Below the pieces are notes generated by a model. That model saw only the letters and a list, made by a program, of their open reading frames with translations. It had not been told where the DNA came from and ran no database searches. Both the position numbers and the translations under genes were made by a program. From Candidatus Hydrogenedentota bacterium (lineage in GTDB: Bacteria; Hydrogenedentota; Hydrogenedentia; Hydrogenedentales; SLHB01): a stretch of 10,484 nt of DNA. Every line of letters starts with the position of its first letter. The stretch's first letter is position 1. Shown here piece after piece: positions 1-7,700 of the stretch. The stretch spans positions 1 to 10,484 of the forward strand of contig JAWXCN010000276.1 of NCBI GenBank assembly GCA_034408725.1, read 5' to 3'.

Positions 1-2
1 AC

Positions 3-2357
3 GTAATGTATGGGAACCATTCCGCACCGGATTTTCCGATTGACCCCCACTCGCCCAGCCGGGGCTTTCAGGAAGATTTCCTCATGCCACGCTATTGGGA
101 CGCCCGCGGCCACGCGAAGGGTATTCTCGCGCCGGGCGGCACAATTCAACGCGTGTCGCCGGACCTGAAGACGATGTGGGACTACGACGGCGGGTACCGG
201 AACGCATACGATTTCTCAATCGACACGTCCGGTGAATTGTTTACTTTCGACTCCGATATGGAGTGGGACATCGGTCTGCCGTGGTATCGCGCGGTACGCG
301 TGGTGCATTGCATTGCGGGCGCGGACTACGGCTGGCGGTCGGGCAGCAGCAATATGCCGAATTACTACGTCGACACATTGCCGCCTCTCGACGATGTCGG
401 CCGCGGTTCACCGGTGGGAACCTGCTTCTACGATCACACCGTGTACCCCGAAAAATACCGCGGCGGATTCTATATGGGCGATTGGTCGCGTGGACGTATT
501 CGCGCCATCTTCCCGAAGCGCGATGGCGGCACTTTCAAGGGCAAGACGGTCGATTTCCTCGTTGGCGAGCCGTTGAACGTGACCGATATGGACGTGGCTC
601 CCGATGGCTTGATGTACTTTGCCGTCGGTGGTCGCGGAACGCAGGGCGGTCTTTACCGCATCAAGTATGGCGATGCAGTTGCAAAACAAGAGCCGTTGAA
701 AACGATAGAAGACGTGGTGAAACAACCCATGCGGCGTTCCGCATGGGGACGCTATGCGCTTGACCAAGCGAAACAGTCGCTCGGCAGAGATTGGGAGAGC
801 GGACTTGTCGCGTTCGCCCGGAACAACGAGGTGCCCGCTGAGCAGCGCACCGCTGCGCTCGAAGCTTTGCAGGCGCATGGGCCGAAGCCGTCGCGCACGC
901 TGCTCACAAAACTTTCCAAAGATGAAAGCGCGGACGTGCGGGCCTTTGCCGTGTACCTGCTGGGCACCTATCCGCTAGCGCAAGTGAAGAAACCGCTGAC
1001 AGCCGCGCTGGACGATTCGAGTGCGTATGTGCAGCGGCGCGCGGGGGAATCCCTGCTGCAAGCGGGACTGGACCTGGATACGAAGCTCGGCAAAAACGAT
1101 CCGCTGATCGGCAAATTGCTGAAACTGTTGAACAGCGACGACACGTTTGTGCGCTACACCGCGCGCGTCGCGCTGGAACGCACGCCGCGTGAGTTGTGGG
1201 CAGAACGCGTGCTTGCCATGGATCCCACCAAGGAACATCGCGCCCTGATCGAAGGCGTATTGGCGCTCGTGCATACTCAACATAGCGCGGACGATATGAA
1301 CGCGGTCTTCGACAAGATCGCTTCTGGCTATGCACCTACGGACGAAGACGAACTGCTCGCTGGGCTGCGCGTTATCCAACTGGCGTTTATCCGCGACGCA
1401 CAGGGAACGGATCGGTCCGCGTTTTCAAAGACGGTCGGCGAAAGCTTGCTTGCGCTTTTCCCTTCAGACAGTCCCGCCGTAAACCGCGAGTTGCAGATTC
1501 TGCTGGCACACATGGAAGGGCCGGGAACGATCGATAAGCTGCTGGCATACCAAACGCCGGATAAATCCCAGGAAGAACAAATTCATACTGCGTACTGCCT
1601 GCGCACAATTCAGAGCGGATGGACGCGCGAACAGCGCGATAAGTTCATTGCATGGTTTGACCACGCACGCGAGATGGACGGCGGCGCGAGTTTTGAGGGG
1701 TTCATCGAGTTCATCTGGCAGGACACGCTCACGCTGTTGCCGGACGATGAGAAACAGCTCGCGGCGGCGCGGAAGGATGCACAAATCGCGAAACGGAACG
1801 AAGAAGCGCTCGCATTGCTCACGCAACTGCAGAATGAAACGCAGCCAGGCGCATCCGAGCTGGCACAGATGAGCGCGCAGGAAATTCGCGAGTATCTCGA
1901 ATACGACCCGATGGCCTATCCCAAGAACGATGAAGATTGGGCGCGCGCCAACGAGGGGGGCGCGAAAGTGTTCACTAAGGCGCGCTGCATCAATTGTCAC
2001 GTGTTCGGGACAATCGGCAAAGGCGGCGGCCCGGATTTGTCGACCGTCGCAAGCCGGTTCCGTCGCGGCGATCTAATCGATGCCATCATGGAGCCATCGA
2101 AAGTGATCTCCGACCAGTACATCGGTCTTGAAGTCGATCTAAGCGACCTCACCACCGTCACGGGCATGCTCGTCACCGAAGATGACAAGATATTGACATT
2201 GATCGACGTAACCGGTAAGCGCGTGGACATTCCGAAGAGCGAAATCGAAGAGCGGCGTCCCGCGACGCGATCAATCATGCCAGAAGGTTTGTTGCACACA
2301 ATGAATCTTGGCGAGCTTGTGCATCTGGTGAATTTTCTCGAACACGGGGCGCAGTAG
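3..2357 (+). CDS. PVC-type heme-binding CxxCH protein (dehydrogenase-like beta-propeller + HEAT repeats + C-terminal cytochrome c domain); 5'-partial
   Basis: Frame is open from the window edge (GTA at 3-5, then ATG at 6) and starts mid-propeller (MYGNHS), so the true start is upstream. Propeller motifs GYRNAYD, FTFDSDMEWDIGLPWYR, DYGWRSG, GRGSPVG, MGDWSRGRI. HEAT-like repeats (VRAFAVYLLG, VRYTARVALE). Heme c motif CINCH at 1986-2000, followed by GPDLS and SIMPEGL (candidate axial Met). Stop TAG 2355-2357. Confidence 0.88.
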   Translation, partial: VMYGNHSAPDFPIDPHSPSRGFQEDFLMPRYWDARGHAKGILAPGGTIQRVSPDLKTMWDYDGGYRNAYDFSIDTSGELFTFDSDMEWDIGLPWYRAVRVVHCIAGADYGWRSGSSNMPNYYVDTLPPLDDVGRGSPVGTCFYDHTVYPEKYRGGFYMGDWSRGRIRAIFPKRDGGTFKGKTVDFLVGEPLNVTDMDVAPDGLMYFAVGGRGTQGGLYRIKYGDAVAKQEPLKTIEDVVKQPMRRSAWGRYALDQAKQSLGRDWESGLVAFARNNEVPAEQRTAALEALQAHGPKPSRTLLTKLSKDESADVRAFAVYLLGTYPLAQVKKPLTAALDDSSAYVQRRAGESLLQAGLDLDTKLGKNDPLIGKLLKLLNSDDTFVRYTARVALERTPRELWAERVLAMDPTKEHRALIEGVLALVHTQHSADDMNAVFDKIASGYAPTDEDELLAGLRVIQLAFIRDAQGTDRSAFSKTVGESLLALFPSDSPAVNRELQILLAHMEGPGTIDKLLAYQTPDKSQEEQIHTAYCLRTIQSGWTREQRDKFIAWFDHAREMDGGASFEGFIEFIWQDTLTLLPDDEKQLAAARKDAQIAKRNEEALALLTQLQNETQPGASELAQMSAQEIREYLEYDPMAYPKNDEDWARANEGGAKVFTKARCINCHVFGTIGKGGGPDLSTVASRFRRGDLIDAIMEPSKVISDQYIGLEVDLSDLTTVTGMLVTEDDKILTLIDVTGKRVDIPKSEIEERRPATRSIMPEGLLHTMNLGELVHLVNFLEHGAQ

Positions 2358-2367
2358 GACACCCGAT

Positions 2368-3045
2368 GTGCGTATCAACGATCTAAATATCGAAGAGGTT
2401 GTCGATCTAATTGTTAGCTATAATACGAGCATCTGTACGTTTTGGTCGAACAGCCACGGATGGGCACCGAAAAGCGCAGCTGATCTCATGTCGAAGTCCA
2501 GACTTGATTGGCAAATCTCATTATCACATTCCCTAGCTTTGTGGATTCAACCGACGAATCAGAATCAACTTGCTGCATTGCAAATTCTGGGTTATGCAAA
2601 TCTCGGCGCATTGATTGAAGGTACCATGAAACTTTTCCTTTCAGTCTACTACGAGAATTACGCAATTGACATTGATGCGGTGACAAGAAAAGGCGACGTG
2701 CAAGGTCCAGAAGTCCTTAACTTAGAGAGTCTACGTCAATTCTTTAAAAGAAGAATTTGGAGCGCCAACCCGTCAGACCAATGGGATTCATGGATAAATC
2801 ACATCCAGTATCGGAGAAATGCAATTCATGCCTTCAAATCTAGGGAAGTTGGGGACTTGGCTGGTCTGCACGATGATATCCGTCTTTATTTGCGCTTTCT
2901 GGACAGGATTAATGGGCAACTTCCGTACCCAGACAATAACGAAGGACCAACGCCTTCGTTCGATCTGCGGCTAAGCGAAACATGGAGTTATGATGCTCCA
3001 GTTATCACTCCGCAGCGATCCGGTAGTCACCTTGGTGATCAATAA
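2368..3045 (+). CDS. Hypothetical protein, putative stand-alone HEPN-domain protein (RxxxxH), low GC
   Basis: 225-aa ORF with GTG start and AGGA just upstream (2356-2359). Stop TAA overlaps the next ATG (TAATG, 3043-3047). GC is 26/60 and 25/60 in lines 2401 and 2521 versus 36/60 in line 1681. Helical-looking sequence with LGALIEG (E84) and R149-RNAI-H154 (nt 2812-2829). HEPN assignment is from the motif only. Confidence 0.7.
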   Translation: MRINDLNIEEVVDLIVSYNTSICTFWSNSHGWAPKSAADLMSKSRLDWQISLSHSLALWIQPTNQNQLAALQILGYANLGALIEGTMKLFLSVYYENYAIDIDAVTRKGDVQGPEVLNLESLRQFFKRRIWSANPSDQWDSWINHIQYRRNAIHAFKSREVGDLAGLHDDIRLYLRFLDRINGQLPYPDNNEGPTPSFDLRLSETWSYDAPVITPQRSGSHLGDQ

Positions 3046-4580
3046 TGCAAAAACAGCCACAAAAAGACTTTGACACAATAACCCGGCGTGATGTTTTGAA
3101 AGGCACCGCAGCGATTGGCGTCGCATCGTCCATTGCGTCCATAACGTCCATCCCGTCAATAGCCGCCGCTGCTGGCAATCGAATCGTTAATGAAAATACC
3201 CACACTGGCGCGACCGACTGGCAACTGACCTATACCAAGGTCGATCCCGCCACCCGCTATCGGTGTCCGTGGATCGAAGGCTATTGTTCGCGCTCGAGTG
3301 TTAAAGCGGGCGACCCGCTCGACATTATGGTGAGCACGAATCCTCCGGGCCGGTTCAAGATCGAGTTGTTCCGCATGGGGTACTACGGCAGCGCGGGCTC
3401 GCGGCTGATGCAGTCGCTGGGGCCGTTCGATGGCATCACGCAACCCGATCCGCCCGTGGGCGAAGAGCGGTTGCGCGAGTGCAAATGGACGCCGAGCACT
3501 ACCATCACGATTCCCGAGGACTGGGTGAGTGGCATCTATCTTGGGCGGTTGTCGCTGATCGATTCGCCGTGGCAGAGCTACGTCATTTTCATCGTGCGCG
3601 ACGACCGCAAGGCCGACGTCGTGTTTCAGTGCAGCGACAACACGTGGCAGGCGTATAACCGTTGGCCGGACAACTTTTCGTTGTACGACAACGGCGAGAG
3701 CGAATGGGCGCTGAAATCCGGCGTGCGCGTGAGTTACGACCGGCCCTACGGAAAATATTGTCAGATACTCGATGCGCCGCAGTCTCAGGGGTCCGGCGAA
3801 TTCCTGTTATGGGAATTTCCGTTCGTCTACTGGCTCGAATGCGAAGGCTACGACGTCACCTACGTGTCCAACACCGACGTTCACGCCGACATCGCGACCA
3901 TCGCGCGCGCGAAGGCGATGATCTCGGTGGGACACGACGAGTATTGGAGCCTGGAACAGTTCAACCACGTGAAGCAGGCGATTGCTGACGGGTTAAACGT
4001 GGGATTCTTCTCCGGCAACACCTGTTGTTTTGTTACGCCGTTTTCACCCAATAGCGCGGGCGCGCCGAACCGCAGTTTCACGCGCGCGGGATGCTACGGC
4101 GGCACGAGCCAGGCGGAAAAGGAATATGGCATGGGGCCGTTTCCGCTCGAAGGACCGGATGAACGCGAGATCATCGGCGCGCGCACAATCATCCCGTTCA
4201 ACGGCGCGGGCGACTGGATTGTATCGGACGACGCGCACTGGATATTCGACGGCGCCGGCATGAAAAACGGCGACGGCATCCCCGGCATTGTCGGCTGGGA
4301 ATTTCATGGCGAGCCGCTGATGGAAATACCCGGGTTGAAAATCGTCGCGGAAGGCGACGCGCTGAATTCCGGCGGTCAGACTGCGCATTGGACCGCGACG
4401 ATTTACCCTGGGCCGAAAGAAAATTATGTTTTTAACGCATCAACGATCTGGTGGGCGCAGGGGTTGAGCTCGCCGCCGGGCCACATGCTGCCGTATTCAC
4501 ACAATGGAAGACCGCATGGTCCCGACGTGCGCGTAGAACGAATCACGCATAATTTGTTGAAACGATTTTTGAAGAGTTGA
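3045..4580 (+). CDS. Tat-exported N,N-dimethylformamidase beta-subunit-family (DUF6605-like) protein
   Basis: Twin-arginine motif TRRDVLK, followed by a hydrophobic stretch and AAAAG. Family motifs IEGY, FRMGYYG, WVSGIY, TWQAYNRW, SLYD, VSYDRPY, WLECEGYDV, SVGHDEYWS, FFSGN, VFNASTIWW. GGTGATC (anti-SD complement) at 3034-3040. Confidence 0.8.
   Translation: MQKQPQKDFDTITRRDVLKGTAAIGVASSIASITSIPSIAAAAGNRIVNENTHTGATDWQLTYTKVDPATRYRCPWIEGYCSRSSVKAGDPLDIMVSTNPPGRFKIELFRMGYYGSAGSRLMQSLGPFDGITQPDPPVGEERLRECKWTPSTTITIPEDWVSGIYLGRLSLIDSPWQSYVIFIVRDDRKADVVFQCSDNTWQAYNRWPDNFSLYDNGESEWALKSGVRVSYDRPYGKYCQILDAPQSQGSGEFLLWEFPFVYWLECEGYDVTYVSNTDVHADIATIARAKAMISVGHDEYWSLEQFNHVKQAIADGLNVGFFSGNTCCFVTPFSPNSAGAPNRSFTRAGCYGGTSQAEKEYGMGPFPLEGPDEREIIGARTIIPFNGAGDWIVSDDAHWIFDGAGMKNGDGIPGIVGWEFHGEPLMEIPGLKIVAEGDALNSGGQTAHWTATIYPGPKENYVFNASTIWWAQGLSSPPGHMLPYSHNGRPHGPDVRVERITHNLLKRFLKS
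3127..3162. repeat. Four 9-nt-period units (CGTCCAT core) inside the Tat signal-peptide coding region
   Basis: cgtccattg / cgtccataa / cgtccatcc / cgtcaatag starting at 3127, 3136, 3145 and 3154. Encodes SIASITSIPSIA. Reverse strand reads ATGGACnnn repeats. Confidence 0.75.
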
Positions 4581-4609
4581 AACCACGGAGACACGGAGAA
4601 CACGGAGAT
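4581..4609 (+). repeat. Left arm of perfect 29-bp inverted repeat (three CACGGAG units)
   Basis: aaccacggagacacggagaacacggagat begins immediately after the TGA at 4578-4580. It is the exact reverse complement of 4915-4943. Confidence 0.95.
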
Positions 4610-4614
4610 GAAAG

Positions 4615-4687
4615 AATCTGTCCGCAGATTGCGCAGATGAACACAGATTGAAGAGTCGATCCACAGAATATACAGGCAAACACGGAT
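4615..4687 (+). repeat. Two further related triple-unit repeats of ~9-10 nt period
   Basis: ccgcagat-tgcgcagat-gaacacagat (4622-4648) and the more degenerate ccacagaat-atacaggca-aacacggat (4661-4687). Small hairpin aatctg-tccg-cagatt at 4615-4630. Confidence 0.6.
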
Positions 4688-4760
4688 GTTGCAAAAACTT
4701 CTATCATAGAATGTCTTCGACTATACCTACTCCAATCTCATCCAGCACAGGATACAATTC

Positions 4761-7700
4761 ATGAAGATACGTGGTGTCGAATCGATTTTTAAGAGCATGT
4801 TAGCGCGCAATTTTTTCAACGCGGATTGCCGCGGCGGCGTAAGACGACATTATTGTCATTTTGCTCGGAATGACAATGGGGGTGATTGCTTTTCCTTCCT
4901 CTATGTTCTTCGCAATCTCCGTGTTCTCCGTGTCTCCGTGGTTAGTTTTCTTTGTGTGTCTTTGTGGCTGAATGCCTTCGCGGAAGAAACTGTCACCGGC
5001 CTCGCCGCGCTAAAAGTCCCCGAAGGTTTTACGGTCGAGATTGCCGGGCCTCCGGAGATGTCTTCCTATCCCATGTTTATGACATTCGATCACAAAGGAC
5101 GTTTATTCATCGCGGAATCCTCCGGCAAAAACACAAAGGGCAAGGACACGCCAAAATATCCCGAGTGCATGATCCTCATGCTCGAAGACACGGATCACGA
5201 CGGCGTATTTGACAAACGGACGGTATTCGCCGACAAGTTGAGCCTGCCGATGGGCGTGTTGTGGTATCGCGGCGCGATCTACTGCGCGTCGCCGCCGGAC
5301 TTTTTCCGTTTTGAAGATACGGATGGCGACGGCGTCGCGGATAAAAAGGAAGTGCTGCTCACCGGCTGGAACGTGCTCAATACAGCGAGCTTGCACGGCC
5401 CTTTCCTTGGTCCCGATGGCTACATGTACCTCACCCACGGCCGCCACGGCTACGACATCACGTCGAAAGAAGGCGTGCATTACGAGGGGATGGCATCGCG
5501 CATCTGGCGTTGCAAACCGGATGGTACGCAACTCGAACGGTTCGCCGGCGGCGGCTTCGATAACCCGATCGAACTCGTGTGGACCGACAGCGGCGACATG
5601 ATCGGCACCATGACCTATTTCACCGATCCCATGAACGGCCAGCGCGACGCGCTGATGCACTGGGTCGAGGGCGGTGTATATCCGAAGATGGAAGCGAGCA
5701 CCGCGGAGTTTATTCGCACCGGCGATCTCATGCCCGTGCTGACAAAGTTTGCGCGCATCGCGCCTTCGGGGTTGATGGCGTATCGCAGCGCGAGTTTCGG
5801 CCAGGAATTCCACGGCAATCTTTTCAGCGCACAGTTCAACCCGCACCGCGTACAGCGCCATGTGTTGACATCCCACGGCTCGACCGGCGCGTCGTACGCT
5901 TGTGCCGATTCAGACTTTCTCACTTCAAGCGATCCCGATTTTCATCCAACGGACGTTGTTGAGGATGCAGACGGCTCGATTCTCGTCTCCGACACGGGCG
6001 GATGGTATGTCGATGCGTGCCCCGTATCGCGCGTATCGAAGCCGGAAGTGCGGGGCGCCATCTACCGCATTCGGAAGACGGACGCAGCCAAAGTTGACGA
6101 TTCGTGGGGCGCTAGTCTGAATTGGGAAAATCCCACGCTAGACGATCTCATGACGCGATTGGGCGATACGCGGCTCCGCGTGCGCGAGCATGCGCTGGAA
6201 CGCGTCGTGCTCGAAGCGACAAACGATGACTCGAAGATAGGCCCACTCGCCGCGAGCTTTGAGAAGGCGGCAACACGTACCGGCATGTTGGGCGACGCAC
6301 TGTTGGATATTCCCGACGAGAACGGCGACACACGCGCGAAAATGGTTGAGAACTGGAACAGGACGTCGGGACTGGCATCGGCGCTGGGGCAGATTGGATC
6401 GGCAAACGCGCGCGCAGCGTTGTTGAAAACCGGCCTGGGACCTCGACTGCCAACATTGCGGCAGATTACGGCGCACTTGCTGGGAGTCTGCGGCACACAG
6501 GAATCCGTTGCGAGCCTTGTCCCGTTGTTAACCGACATCTTTCCCGGCGTCCGCCGCGAAGCGGCCTCATCCCTGGGACGACTCCGCGCAAAAGAAGCCG
6601 CAGCACCGTTGTTACGCGCGTGCACAGCCGATAACGATCGATTTGTCGAGCACGCAATCATTTATGCGCTGATTCAAATCGACCATCAAGACGCGTTACT
6701 TCAGGCGCTGACGGTGGAAAACTGGATCGCCCGCAAAGCTGCACTCATCGCGCTGGATCAACTCAAGAGCGACAAACTTACGGCGGACCACGCGATCGCA
6801 TTCCTCAATGCCGACAGCGAAGACCTGCGCAAGACGGGCTTGTGGATCGCGTCGCGGCATCCGGAATGGTCGGGCAGCGTGTTGGCGCTGTTGGATGAAA
6901 AGGTGAATGCGGAGGATTTCGCACCGGAAGACGCAGACCCGATTCGTGATGTGTTGCTCGCATACGCGAAAGACGCAGCGGTGCAGGAATTCATGGCGCG
7001 CGTCGCGGGCGATGAATCCGCGCCCGCGGCGCGGCGCGTGTTCATGTTCGACACGATTGAGAAAGCAAACATCGAGCCTTTGCCCGACGGCATTGTGCAG
7101 GCAGTAGGGAATTCGTTGCAGTCTGCTGACGAAACGATTCGCTACCGCGCGGCGACGTTGATGGGTACGAGAAAACTCGCGCAGTTCGATGAGCAACTGT
7201 TCGCCATTGCGGACAACACGGGCGAGACGCCCGCGCTCCGATTAAGCGCATTGGGCACGGTACAGGCCCGGCATCCCGAATTGACCGACCCCCGGTACGC
7301 GTTTCTGCTTGAAAACCTCGCGGATGCCGCCGACCCGGCGCTGCGGCTTTCTGCAAGCCGCGCATTGGGCGCGGCGAAACTTTCTGGTCCGCAACTCGAA
7401 ACGCTCGCGAAAGAGTATTTGCCGAAAGCCGACGCGCTGACGTTTGCGTCGCTGCTGGAAGCGTTCAAGAATGGTTCCAGCGAGTCGGTTGGCCAATCAC
7501 TCGTGGCGAGTTTGTCCACCGCGACGATTTCGCCGAACATGATCCCCGGCGGACTGGACGCTTTGTTGGCGTCGTATCCCGAGCCCGTGAAAGTTGCGGC
7601 GGCACCGTTGCGCGCGCAGGTCGAGGCGGAGGACAAGGCGCGGTTGGAGAAGCTCGCGGAAATTGAACCGCTGATCGGCAATGGCGACGTGGGCCGTGGC

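Noticed and set aside
6-8. ATG 6 as the true start of the first gene
   Set aside because: The frame is open to the edge, and the protein begins mid-propeller without a signal peptide.
2340-3060. Integron cassette origin of the low-GC gene
   Set aside because: No attC-like GTTRRRY/RYYYAAC-bounded palindrome, and no intergenic room for one.
4689-4712. Sigma70 promoter TTGCAA...TAGAAT
   Set aside because: The spacer is only 12 nt, versus about 17 required.
4850-4900. Rho-independent terminator
   Set aside because: The stem is AT-rich, is followed by GGGGG rather than a U-tract, and lies inside an open frame.
4571-4950. IS element or MITE with target-site duplication
   Set aside because: No transposase. 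The flanks (..gagttga | agtttt..) give no directly abutting duplication, so it is reported only as a repeat.
4581-4970. CRISPR array
   Set aside because: Units are 8-10 nt, degenerate and partly inverted, with no constant repeat-spacer period and no cas genes.
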